A stretch of 63,969 bases of DNA, counting the filler, from Pirum gemmata (lineage: Eukaryota), in assembly GCA_002812295.1 (NCBI GenBank). It is 25 parts of 25 records of this genome, joined end to end, with 100 filler letters (N's around TTAATTAATTAA, not from the genome) between each part and the next. Parts side by side here need not be neighbours in the genome. Positions count along the whole stretch, not along the records: positions 1 to 2,415 come from PDIN01006584.1; positions 2,516 to 4,921 come from PDIN01006586.1; positions 5,022 to 7,426 come from PDIN01006587.1; positions 7,527 to 9,908 come from PDIN01006588.1; positions 10,009 to 12,380 come from PDIN01006589.1; 20 more parts are not named here. One strand, given 5' to 3'. Within the stretch, counting starts at the first letter, position 1. Every line of letters begins with the position of its first letter. The notes below the pieces were generated by a model, which had not been told where the DNA came from, searched no databases, and worked only from the letters and a program-made list of their open reading frames with translations. Positions 1 to 11,469 of this stretch are shown in pieces. The translations under genes were made by a program, and so were the position numbers.

Positions 1-601
1 CTTCCCCCTGAAAAAACTCCGGGATTTTCTACTTCACCGCAAAAAAACACTTTCCGCAGCTGAGCAAAGCCCCTCAGTCCTGTTTTTTTTTTTGAAGTCC
101 TTGCACGGGTATATAAAATATATTATAAAATAGACTATCAGACACTAATAAAATAATATTATTATTATAAAATAGACTACTAGACTAATAAAATTATAAT
201 ATAAAAATAAAATTTAATTATTATTTGCGGAGTAGTAGTGGACCTTGTCCCGGTATTGTGAACTTATCACAGATGGTATCAATACCGGGACACAGATGAT
301 ACGGTAGATATATTAGAGATCACATATCAGGTCAAACACATATATAAATGTAGTGTGTATAATTATAATTATATACATACCAGTCAGTTCTCAAAAAATG
401 ACTGCAAAAAATGAGCCAATCACAATTACTCAATTACACACTTCCAAATTTAATTTAAAATACAAATATTGTAATTGGTTAAATTATGAAAAGGGCGGAA
501 AGCCTAAAACTAATACTCAGAACTCTGAGAAGTAATATATTCGAATTTTAATTTTTATTTATAATAAAAATAATAAACGTTTATTGTTCAGTTTAGTGCA
601 A

Positions 602-787
602 TTGTTTATTGTTTATTGTTTATTGTTTATTGTTTATTGTTTATTGTTTATTGTTTATTGTTTATTGTTTATTGTTTATTGTTTATTGTTTATTGTTTAT
701 TGTTTATAATATTGCTTATTGTTTATTGTTTATTGTTTATTGTTTATTGTTTATTGTTTATTGTTTATTGTTTATTGTTTATTGTTT
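602..787. repeat. (TTGTTTA)n microsatellite running into a gap
   Basis: Direct 7-bp periodicity. Confidence 0.95.
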
Positions 788-948
788 NNNNNNNNNNNNN
801 NNNNNNNNNNNNNNNNNNNNNNNNNNNNNNNNNNNNNNNNNNNNNNNNNNNNNNNNNNNNNNNNNNNNNNNNNNNNNNNNNNNNNNNNNNNNNNNNNNNN
901 NNNNNNNNNNNNNNNNNNNNNNNNNNNNNNNNNNNNNNNNNNNNNNNA

Positions 949-1069
949 AGCTTCTATTAATAGTAGCTATTATGCTATTTAAAGTAATTTTAATCACAAA
1001 AATTTCATTTTGGCGAACTTTTGGTACCAGAGCCTTCAATTAGTAAAATGACGTCATCCCATCCCTCCT
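949..1069 (-). mobile_element. Partial copy of MITE family C (inverted relative to 14445..14678)
   Basis: Reverse complement matches the GAGATGACGTCATTTTA end and the internal ATTAAAATTACT..GCTA(C/T)TATTA segment of the 14445 element; a third end copy lies at about 26275-26340. Confidence 0.6.
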
Positions 1070-1565
1070 GAAAAAACACTGAAAAAACTAGTGTCTTGAA
1101 ACTCAAATGTATATATATGATATTAATTATTTTAAAATAATAATAATAATAATAATTATTATCAGAAAGAGGAGGGAGTGTTTATATTTGGTTATTATAT
1201 ATATATATTATAATATACAATAATATTTATATAGACGTTAGTCATAAATAGGGTTTTGTTTTTTTTAATTAAGGTTTAGGTTAATTAAGTTGGTGGGTGG
1301 GGTACCAGTTAAATGCAGATCTTGCTAATGTTAAAACGCAAAATTTACGGTTAGAGTTTCGGTTAGGGTTAGAGTTTCGGTTAAGGAGGCCTGTTAGGGT
1401 TAAAGTTAAAACGTTAACATTAATATTATATTATATGGTTAGTGTTAGAGTTAGGGTTAGGGTTTCGGTTAGGGTTAGGGTTAGGGTTATATATATCTGT
1501 TATATCCTTCTACGTATACGTATGTACAGTCCTACTCTCACATTTTCGCATTTTTTTTTTTTTTT

Positions 1566-1597
<32 letters not shown>

Positions 1598-1756
1598 TTT
1601 TTTTNGGTACCAGTTAAATGCAGATCTTGCTAATGTTAAAACGCAAAATTTACGGTTAGAGTTTCGGTTAGGGTTAGAGTTTCGGTTAAGGAGGCCTGTT
1701 AGGGTTAAAGTTAAAACGTTAACATTAATATTATATTATATGGTTAGTGTTAGAGT

Positions 1757-1838
1757 TAGGGTTAGGGTTAGGGTTAGGGTTAGGGTTAGGGTTAGGGTTA
1801 GGGTTAGGGTTAGGGTTAGGGTTAGGGTTAGGGTTTAG
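1757..1838 (+). repeat. Interstitial (TTAGGG)n array
   Basis: Perfect TTAGGG tandem with unique sequence on both sides. Confidence 0.95.
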
Positions 1839-2283
1839 GGAGTGTTAGGTTTTATGGTTCTGGGTTAGTCAAGTGTTAGTCAGCTGTTAGAACTTAGTCT
1901 AGCTCTTCCATTTTTTTCGGGAGTGTTTTTCGTCTATTATTTTTCGCATATTTTCGGACGATTTCTTTTTTTTCGATTCATATGTACCAAAGAACTACCA
2001 AAGACTTCAAAAAAACAATTTTTTTTTTTTTTGAAGTCCTTGTATCATAAATACTTATGTTAGATAGTGTTAGATAATAATAAACTAATTTTTTCAAAAA
2101 AAAAAAATTTCACTTTTTTTCACTTTTTTTAACTTTTTTTTTTACTTTTCGATTTGTTTTTATTTTTATTTTTTTATTTTTGCTTATCAGTATCATAACA
2201 GCAACAGTTGTAGCGCAACAGTTAGTTGATTTGTTTTCTTTTTTTTTTATTATTGTTATTATTATTATTACTGTATTGTTATA

Positions 2284-2415
2284 ATGGGTGTGAAAGGCGT
2301 TCTAAACGTGTTCAACGTTTTGATGTCAGAGGTTGCAGTTTCACTTTTTAATGGAACAATTGGTATTGATATGAGCATGTTGATTCATTGCATTTTACGT
2401 TCACATGCTCAAGAA
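2284..2415 (+). CDS. N-terminus of an XPG/FEN1/Exo1-family (PIN-like) 5' nuclease, truncated by contig end
   Basis: Translation MGVKGVLNVFNVLMSEVAVSLFNGTIGIDMSMLIHCILRSHAQE fits the XPG_N pattern MG(I/V)xG...(G)xx(I/V)(A/G)IDxSxxxH; not in the ORF track (44 aa). Confidence 0.65.
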
Positions 2416-2515
2416 NNNNNNNNNNNNNNNNNNNNNNNNNNNNNNNNNNNNNNNNNNNNTTAATTAATTAANNNNNNNNNNNNNNNNNNNNNNNNNNNNN
2501 NNNNNNNNNNNNNNN
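2416..2515. other. Artificial contig-joining spacer (N44-TTAATTAATTAA-N44), first of 24
   Basis: Identical 100-bp spacer with six-frame stops starts at 2416, 4922, 7427, 9909, 12381, 14821, 18933, 21421, 23907, 26367, 28826, 31307, 33782, 35961, 38419, 40875, 44064, 46567, 49070, 51580, 54041, 56568, 59037, 61515. Confidence 0.98.
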
Positions 2516-3626
2516 AAAAAAAATTTATTTTTTTTTTTTTTTTTTTCGAAAAAAGCGGTATCAATTTAGTACACGAAAAATTTGCGTCGTAAATTGATTC
2601 CAAAAAATTCTGACGGATAGAGATTAACTAGCTGATTAACAGTCTTGATTAACTCTAATAACTGTTTTCAACAAAGACTCCATGATTGTGAACTCCACTG
2701 CTAATTGTCCACCAAATGAAGAAAAACCCCTTTTGTGAACAAATACATGGAACAGTGAGTAATAAGAGTCTTGAAAATTATTTAACGAGTGAAGACAGAA
2801 ATTGCAACCCTGCTCAAAATAGATTTAGAAACCAACCCAGAATGATTTGGATTCTGCGAATGATTTTGTATTTTAATAAACCTACCTCCTACTAGTGATT
2901 ATCATCAACCAAAAGAAAAAACCCTTTGTGATGCAAATTGTGAAACAGGAAATTATGCCCATGGTTATTGTTACCTAAAGAACAAAAACACCCTTGGTGA
3001 TACAATATGTGTATCAGTAAATAATACCAGTTATTATTCTGTACCAAATGAAGAAAACACCCTTTTTAAGTTTTGTTAAATAAACAAGATTAATAGTATA
3101 ATTAAATAAGTAAGTGAATTAATTAGTTAAAATTTTTATTAGTGTTTAGTATTTTTAAATATAGAGTATTTTTTTAGTTTGTGATTTTTTCATTTCAATT
3201 TTGTAATACAATAAGTGAAATAGGGAATGATAACAATTTTGAAATTATTTAGAATAAATTTAAAGACAGTTTACTTTTAATATACAATGGCTACTTGGTT
3301 TCTAGGGCATGTTTATCGGGTTTGTGAAGTGATGTATTTAGGTAGATATATATGTGTTTGATTATATAAATAGGGTTGTAGAGTTGTGTTATAGGGGAAA
3401 ATGAAATGATGTTTAGTATTATATTTTCATTAATTTCAACTATCGGCATTTACTATTTACTATATATTATATAATTTATAATATAATACAATAATAAACC
3501 AAACTACGGATTATGGGAATAGTAATTTATCTCATTCATCACTTGGATTTTAAGAGCTTTCCGATTGATAGAACTTACCAAACTAAATATCAAAAAGCCT
3601 ATTCAGAAAAATAAAAAATAACAATT

Positions 3627-4090
3627 GGAGTCCCACAAGGGAATACTCGGTTCTATCCTGTTTCTGATATATTATATATATCAACGACCTTTTAAGCATT
3701 TTAATACTATTTTAATAATAAAGAACTGGAAATAACTCCTCTATCGGTACCAAATAGGTTTATTCGCGGATGATCTTACAGGCTTCGGCATATTTATGAG
3801 TTTATAAAAGACAAAACCAGCAGCTCAAAACATGCAAAAAATTATAGCAAGCAACGTGGATGGAAACATGGAAAACCAAAATAAGTCTCCAAAGACCAAT
3901 TACTTCCTGATTATGGGTGTTGGTACACCATAAATCGAGCTGTAGACTACTAGCCCTAACCCTAACCCTAACCCAACCACCCATCAAGCGCTGATCAAGC
4001 GAGACCTCAACCTCAAAGTTCCAAACTCCTTCTAGGCTATAAAAAATTCTATATTATATCTTTGATTCAAAATTCACCTTTGAAAACCAT
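3627..4090 (+). mobile_element. Decayed non-LTR (LINE) retrotransposon reverse transcriptase
   Basis: Colinear motifs across frameshifts: GVPQG (3627), LGSILFLIY/YINDL, LFADDL (FADD at 3763-3774), WMETWKTKIS, IFDSKFTFENH (to 4090); interrupted by a TAGACTACTAG+(CCCTAA)n patch at about 3942-3974. Confidence 0.85.
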
Positions 4091-4219
4091 AAAAACCATG
4101 AACAAAAATCTAAGCACAAAAATCTAAGCACAAAAATCTAAGCACAAAAATACTCCAGCAGATAATTATTCCTATTATTTGCACACAAAGGTACAATGCA
4201 ACATTGAGTATAAAATATT

Positions 4220-4386
4220 GTGCTTTTCAGTTATTTTGTCGTCATATAAAATATACAATAAATAGTACCAAATTAATACAATATCAGCACATTTTATTTA
4301 ATTTGGTATATTTTATTATATATTTATTTATTTAAAAGTACCAATTTAAATATTATAAACAACCAAATAAATATTCGGAGTGACAA
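4220..4386 (+). mobile_element. MITE family A copy (right TIR truncated)
   Basis: Starts GTGCTTTTCAGTTATTTTGTC and shares internal sequence with the copies at 37538, 46193, 49568, 54727, 56032, 60216 and 60357. Confidence 0.8.
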
Positions 4387-4560
4387 TACCAAATTAATTA
4401 AAACATGTCTGATTAGACTACGTTTATTTTAGGTTTTGAACTTTGGGCAGCACTCTACTAGCTAGCTAGACTACCAGTAGACTGGGGGCTAGAGACTGGG
4501 GTCTACTGGTTGGTAGACCCCTGCCCTGGTCTCGCTAGCTTAGTAGTAGCTAGACCCAAA

Positions 4561-4716
4561 GGTCAATTAATGACGTCACTTTTTTAAAACTTACCTTTTC
4601 TAGAATGTCATTTTAATGTTTAGATTTCAAACTAAAAGCTCATAATGTTCATCTGATAGAGTCAGATGGTAAAAGGGTCTGAAGTGTTTATGATGACGTC
4701 ATTAATGAATGCTCTC
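4561..4716 (-). mobile_element. MITE family D copy (TIRs contain TAATGACGTCA)
   Basis: Inverted ATTAATGACGTCA / TGACGTCATTAAT ends; interior is the reverse complement of 42873..43049. Confidence 0.7.
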
Positions 4717-4742
4717 TTATAATGTACATAGTCGTGTTGTCC

Positions 4743-4910
4743 AGTTCAAAAACTGAAATAAATATATCATATCAAATCGTATCAAATTATTATTATGGCA
4801 AAGCTATTGGTCATTTTTTAATTAATTTGGTATGTTATATTTAATTTTTTATTTTATAAAAAAGTGCAATTATACACTTAAAAAGTACCACATTAAAGAT
4901 TGAGAGACCA
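4743..4910 (+). repeat. Dispersed repeat family E
   Basis: AGTTCAAAAACTGAAA...TTAATTTGGTA...AAAAGTACCA(A/C)ATTAAAGAT recurs at about 12058-12234 and 56306-56440, and inverted at 4387-4442 and 54380-54522. Confidence 0.7.
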
Positions 4911-5059
4911 GTGCTTCGGGGNNNNNNNNNNNNNNNNNNNNNNNNNNNNNNNNNNNNNNNNNNNNTTAATTAATTAANNNNNNNNNNNNNNNNNNNNNNN
5001 NNNNNNNNNNNNNNNNNNNNNTAATAATAATAATAATAATAATAATTAATTAATTAAAG

Positions 5060-7365
5060 CAGAAAATACTCTAGGCCGTATTTATGAAATTGTTGAACAA
5101 CTTTTTATACATATACCCGACATGTGGAATCTACAACTGTTTCTAAAACAATCCGGACTTTCTTCCAAAGCAAAGGTAATCTTCGTATATATATATATAT
5201 ATTATTAGTAATTTTCATTTTTTTGCCATAACAAAGATTATTTAGTATAATTATATTTCGCAGTTAAAGTTATAATTCCGTTTACTTGATTTGTCTACTT
5301 TTATTCCCTTATTTTTCAAAGGATAAGAAAAATGAAAAACCAAATATATGTATATTCCATATATATATCTGGCTTTGTCCAATTAAATGAGTTACAAAAT
5401 AGAAACACATAAAAGCAAAGAAAAAAATAATCAAAATCCTTTATATCAGATACGTGTCTTCATAAAAGAATAATCAACAACAAAAACACAGAAACAAAAC
5501 TTTATATAAGTATAATATAAATATATACATGTATATTTTCCTTCAAGTATTAAAAAAATTATGAAAACAAAAAAATAATATCTTTCTTCAAGTAATTAAA
5601 AATTATGATATATATATATATATATATTCATTAAGCAGCTGTGGCTTCAGTCACAAGTGAAAGATTGGTCAATACAAGGTATATATGGGGCCATTGTACC
5701 TTATATCGAAGTAGACAAATGGGATGTCATAGAAAAATATTTACTTCAAATTCTTAGGGACCCACTACAGAATAAATTAAATTTATCAAACGTAACAAAT
5801 GATAAATCATTGTGGTATTATATAATTTTATATTGTTCAATAATATCTTTCAATTTATCATATAAGTACATATGTTTATGTGTAAAAATTATACATATAA
5901 CATACTCATAACTCTCTATTTAAACTATTAATTACCATTTATTTCTTATATATATACAAGTATATGCTTTGTAACTAAATAATAATAATAAAAAAGTAAT
6001 CACTTTAATTTAATTATAAAGAGGAGAGGGGAGCGAGCTTTCTTAACCTTTGTGTGTTTTCAATTGATTTTTTTTTTTTGTAAAACAGGTGGAAAGTAAC
6101 CATGGAGTTCCTAGAATCAGATTTACTTAAACCGACACATGTCGGCTTAGCTGGAGCTAAATGGATCGGACTTTCCAAAGTTGTTGCTATGTTTCATTTA
6201 GCTCAAGAAAATAAACTTAAAAACAATAAAGAAAATGATAATACCAGGTGTGGTGAGAATAATAATGCTAATAAGAAGAGTAGATTTAAATTTGATGAAG
6301 TAACTATAGATCAATTACAAAAACTTTTAACAAAAAGTCAGCAACAAGATAATGACGAAGAGCTTGAAACATTACAGTATAGTATTATGAATATATTGAG
6401 AACAAAATGTGAAAACAAGAATAAGAATAGACTACTTGGTGGGACCAATGATAAACTAAATATGGAGTATAATTATTATAAATTAGCTGAATGGTTACAA
6501 GTTGAAATAATAAGTCTCATATCTTCCTATGCTGAACATACTCCATGGTATAGATTCCCGTTTATTGAATTTTTAAAAATCTATTTCGTCGTTTTAAAAA
6601 AGTCATTTTTTATTGTTTATAAACGCTTTGGTTTACAAAAAGCTCTTTTCAGCGATGCCTTTGTCACAGATTTTGTTCCAGGTTTATTTAATTTTTTGTT
6701 TTTTTGTTTTTTTTTTTGTGTGTTTTTTACTGTTTTAATGATTATTTCTTTGCTTTTTTATTTATACTTGCCATTATTTGTGTATTTGTGTATTTATTTA
6801 ATTGCTTACCTTCTTGGAAATCAAAGCTATTTATTTATTAATAAAAACAAAAACAGGTATAATAATGGCAGCGATATTTGGTCAAGCACAACTTCTGGCT
6901 TATCCAATTAAAATGGTGCTCGGAGAGGAGGACACAACGGAAGAACAGATTGCACAACTCGAGCACATTATAATTGTTACTGATACAAATTATACTGATA
7001 TATCAATAGAACCAGGTATTTTTTTTAAAAAAAAAAGAAAATAATTTTATCTATTATATTAGTGGATAGGTTGGTACTTTCTAGATATAAATCATAACTA
7101 GTTTGGAATATTAACTTAAAAGTTTCCGAGGTACAGAGAGTAGGAAGGTAAGGAGGTAATTGGGGATTAAATACCGAGGTGGAGAAACCTAACTTAAAAT
7201 ATTGTTATTTTAATTTTGAACGTTTTAATAATTTATAGTATTATTTTTTTTATTTTTACAAATAAAATTCGAGTAATGATTAAAATTATTTTTATTATAA
7301 TAATAATTTATTTGCTTTTTCTTTTACAGAGCCTCGTTGGTGGACTTCGGAAAGCATCCAACCAG
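5060..7365 (+). CDS. Uncharacterised multi-exon protein with hydrophobic segments (partial at both ends)
   Basis: Exons about 5060-5175, 5636/5639-5814, 6089-6681, 6857-7015 and 7330-7365 are bounded by AG/GT and splice in frame (..SSKAK|QLWLQ..KSLW|WKVTMEF..DFVP|GIIMAAIFGQ..). Confidence 0.75.
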
Positions 7366-7603
7366 GTATATATATTTCTTAATTAATTTTTGGCAAATAA
7401 GATTATTATTATTATTATTATTATTANNNNNNNNNNNNNNNNNNNNNNNNNNNNNNNNNNNNNNNNNNNNTTAATTAATTAANNNNNNNNNNNNNNNNNN
7501 NNNNNNNNNNNNNNNNNNNNNNNNNNATTATTATTATTATTATTATTAGCATCATTGTTGTTATTTTTATTATAATTAATAAGTTTTAACATTTTTTATA
7601 ATT

Positions 7604-8485
7604 CTAAAATAACTTGCTTAACGTATCGGGATTTTGTTCACCTTGGTATTCAGGCATACCTGGTTCGCGAGCTACCGTTAAAGGGGCCCCAACACCATCA
7701 CTTCCATAGTAGTAACCAGATATAATATCATCAGCAAAAATGCATTTTTTCAAGGATACAGTTCCCTCCTCTGCAGTTAGTATTGCACCATAACCATTAG
7801 ACATGTTGGTCTGGATGAAACCAGGATTTAATGAGACACAAACCAACGTTTGATATAGCTTAGATTGTTGAAGGGTGTACGCAGTAACGCCCGCTTTACT
7901 CAGACAATAACCACCATCTTCGCCTACTAACGAAGCTTCTTTCTTATCTGATTCAACCGCTGCTACTAATTGTTCCCAGGTGGTAGTTGAGTTTGTATAC
8001 AATGCCCTTTTTTCTTTAGATGACAAAGATATCACCCATTCCGAAGCCCCGCTCGAACTGACGTTAACAATACGACCTCCCGGCTGAATCATTCCAGCAA
8101 ATGAATCGGAAACCCTTTTGACCCCATAAAAATTAGTAGCTAAAAGCTCATCAACACTTTTTCCCAATCTATGCCCAGTTTGAAAGCCAATCCCAGCATT
8201 GTTTACTAGAGCGAACAACACCACACCTTTTGCTTTTAGGTTTTCAGAAGCGTTTGTAACTGATTTATCACTGCACACGTCCATTACCACCAGCTCCAAA
8301 CGATTCTCAACTTCAGGATGAGCAGTCTTAATGCGAATAATTGCTTCTTTTCCACGCTCAGCACTCTTAGCTCCCATGTACACCTTGCATTCAAAATCTA
8401 CAACCAATTGGCGACAGAGGGCATAGCCGATTACTGCATTACCTCCTGTGACTAGTATGCATTTATCTTTGGTTGCGGTCACCAT
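7604..8485 (-). CDS. Short-chain dehydrogenase/reductase (carbonyl-reductase-like), intronless
   Basis: TGGNAVIG Rossmann loop, NNAG, VNVSS, catalytic YCLSK, PGFIQT. Confidence 0.92.
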   Translation of the reverse strand: MVTATKDKCILVTGGNAVIGYALCRQLVVDFECKVYMGAKSAERGKEAIIRIKTAHPEVENRLELVVMDVCSDKSVTNASENLKAKGVVLFALVNNAGIGFQTGHRLGKSVDELLATNFYGVKRVSDSFAGMIQPGGRIVNVSSSGASEWVISLSSKEKRALYTNSTTTWEQLVAAVESDKKEASLVGEDGGYCLSKAGVTAYTLQQSKLYQTLVCVSLNPGFIQTNMSNGYGAILTAEEGTVSLKKCIFADDIISGYYYGSDGVGAPLTVAREPGMPEYQGEQNPDTLSKLF

Positions 8486-8789
8486 GTTTTGCCTTAATTA
8501 TATTGTTTGGAAAAAATATAAACGCATGTGAGGTGCGGTTGTCTAACAATATAATTTTAGAACACTTTTTACTTTTGTTGATGTATTTTTTTTTATTTTT
8601 ATTTTTATTTTTATTTTTATTTTTTTATTTTATTTTATTTTTGATTTAAGCTGTGATATAACAACTATGATAAAATTTGGTATCAAATTCGCTTCTTTCT
8701 TACTTTGAACCTACACTTCATTTTTACAGATATTGTTTTGTTGGAAAAAGGAGTTGACTTTCAGATTATTGCTTGTTGCTTATTGTTTA

Positions 8790-9083
8790 TTATTTATTAT
8801 TTATTGTTTATTGTTTATTGTTTATTTTTTAGTGTTTAGTGTTTAATGCTTATTGTTTAGTGTATATTGTTTAGTGTTTAGCATTTAGCGTATAGTGTTT
8901 AGTGTTTAGTGTTTAGTGTTTAGTGTTTAGTGTTTAGTGTTTAATGTTTAGTGTTTAGTGTTTAGTGTTTAGTGTTTAGTGTTTAGTGTTTAGTGTTTTG
9001 TGTTTTGTGTTTTGTGTTTTGTGTTTTGTGTTTTGTGTTTAGTGTTTAGTGTTTAGTGTTTAGTGTTTAGTGTTTAGTGTTTA
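8790..9083. repeat. 7-bp microsatellite (TTTAGTG/TTTTGTG/TTTATTG)n
   Basis: Direct periodicity. Confidence 0.9.
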
Positions 9084-9569
9084 TGTTTATGGTTTATTGT
9101 TTATAATTTATGGTTTATTGTTTTTTTTACAGTGTTTACGAAAATAAATAAACTTTGACACCACTGGCGGGATATACTGTCATATACATAGTATGATAAT
9201 TATGAGTACTAATTATTATGATATTGTTTGTATATTGTTGGTTTTATGATATAAATTTATTCGTTACTCTTTCAACCTACTCCAGCGGCAGTCCAGCGCC
9301 AGCCTACTTCATAATAAATAAACTATGATAGACTATTATGTGATACGACTCTACTACTAGCTAGCTAGCTAGTAGCTACTATGATAGCTAGCTAGCTAGT
9401 ATGATATGATAGAACTGTGATAGAACTGTGATAGAACTGAGTCAAAAAAAAAATTTGAAGCCCAAGGTTGACACCTTGTTTACAAAATTTAAAAAAAAAT
9501 AAAAAAAAAGGTCTATCATAATATTATTATGATTCTGGTCTCTAGCTAGCTAGTATTCTGGTCTATTAT

Positions 9570-9852
9570 TATAATATCGATTACCGTTAATGACGTTTGG
9601 TTTTAACCCCAAAACATTAGCGGTGCTGAAGGTATTTATGGCCTGCACCCATTGGTCTAATAACAGAACCCGATTAACTACCACGAGCGTTTTAAGACGT
9701 ACTTTATGCATGACATTTATGGCAATTACAGTTTTACCAGCGCCCACGTGCAAGGAGAGTAAAGCTGTGTTTTGGTCGTTGAGCAATTTGATGACATTTT
9801 TTCTGTAAGTTTTCTGCACTGGTCGTAACTCACCAGTAAATTTGCTCGACAC
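9570..9852 (-). pseudogene. Fragment of a superfamily-2 helicase (ResIII/A18-like; Q motif, Walker A, motif Ia)
   Basis: FTGELRPVQ...LSLHVGAGKTVIAI...KTLVVVNRVLLLDQWVQAINTF; truncated before the DExH motif by AT/CTAG-rich sequence. Confidence 0.8.
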
Positions 9853-10008
9853 GTTGAAGGAAATAGACTATGGAGTACATTTCGGGTTTTAAGTGATTAT
9901 ATATATATNNNNNNNNNNNNNNNNNNNNNNNNNNNNNNNNNNNNNNNNNNNNTTAATTAATTAANNNNNNNNNNNNNNNNNNNNNNNNNNNNNNNNNNNN
10001 NNNNNNNN

Positions 10009-10042
<34 letters not shown>

Positions 10043-10333
10043 ATACCGAATTAAAGTGAAATGGATGTATATTGTATTAATTTGGTATTCTTTATTGTAT
10101 ATTTTTGAAAAGTACTATATTTGCCCGATTCTTTAGAATAATATAGACAAATATAGAAACACTTATATAAATATACTTCCTTTATTTTGTCCCATTGCTA
10201 TTATACTTATTATTATGATAGTATCATTGTTTATCAGTAGTACAAGTATATTGCAACATATATGTTTTAGTATGATAACTTATTGTAAGACTTAGGGCTA
10301 GAGGGCCAGGTTTATGATTAGAGGGCCAAGTTC

Positions 10334-10422
10334 AGGGTTAGGGTTAGGGTTAGGGTTAGGGTTAGGATTAGGATTAGGATTAGGATTAGGATTAGGATTA
10401 GGGTAGGGTTGGGTTAGGGTTA
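10334..10422 (+). repeat. Interstitial TTAGGG/TTAGGA array
   Basis: Tandem hexamers with a block of TTAGGA variants. Confidence 0.9.
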
Positions 10423-10499
10423 GACTAGTAGTAGCTAGGCTGCTACTAAGGTTAAAATTTATTATTAATTTTTATGGATATGATATTATTATCAGACAT

Positions 10500-11005
10500 A
10501 TACGAGATGGGGTTGTGACTCTAACGATGTGTTTAACGCTGAAACGTGGAAGAAACTCAATTTGAACGCACTGAACAAAGTGTATGGCTTACCAATATTA
10601 AACATAGGGTGTGCGCTTACTGTTGAGATATGCATTTATGCGTTAAGAACAACTCACCAACAAAACAAGCATCAGCTAAGTTATTAAGAGATGATTCTTT
10701 GATACAATCGTTTATTAAAAAAATTCCTACTTCAGTGATTCCAGCATGCGCTTATTATTTTAGTAGCTGATTCGTTACTGGTTACCGGAAAAGAAATATT
10801 ACGAAAGATATTCATGATTACAAGACATTTGATAGTGTGATTGTCAGAATGGAGTTGACGGAAGGTGTACACACCAGTGTACACATGGGGCAGGAAGGTT
10901 GTATTGACTAAGTTACTTCTCGGTTGTTTCAAGAGATGGTTGAGGTGTTAGCCACTTGTACTAGTGGGTTATAAAGATGGCACCAAGCTCGTGGTAATGA
11001 TTGAT
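10500..11005 (+). pseudogene. Coding-like segment with frameshifts and in-frame stops, family not recognised
   Basis: Higher-complexity island whose + frames read as protein-like runs (DVFNAETWKKLNLNALNKVYGLP; LLRDDSLIQSFIKKIPTSVIPACAYYF*; DIHDYKTFDSVIVRMEL). Confidence 0.3.
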
Positions 11006-11469
11006 TTCTAAAACTATAATTGATATAACCTATATAATATTATAATAGATTTATAATATTATCAATATCATTTTATTTAAAATTTTTTTTTTTTTTTTTT
11101 TTAATTTTTATACATATATAAAACCGAGTTAGAATCATTTTGGCCATATATCATGCTAATATTTTCCAAATAAATTTGATAAAATATAATTTGTTAGTAT
11201 TATTTTGTAGCAGAATAAAAATATGCTGCCCATTATTTTTTAATTTGAAATCTTGACAATTAAAACATGACGTCATTTAAATTATAAATAGAAAAAAACA
11301 AAACAAAAAACAAAAATAAGATAGATAGTCGTAGTAGATAGTCTAGACTTCGAGATCTAGACTTCGAGATAGACTTTTAGAGACTTTTAGAAATAATTAT
11401 TTAGAGAGTCTCAGTCTCTAGCTAGGAATCTAGACTATCATACAGAAAAAAAAAAAATGAGAGAAAAAA

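Noticed and set aside
1301..1790. Direct duplication 1301-1489 / 1606-1790 (similarly 49890-50290 / 50411-50770)
   Set aside because: The copies abut a single-N join, which is typical of unmerged scaffold overlaps or haplotypes
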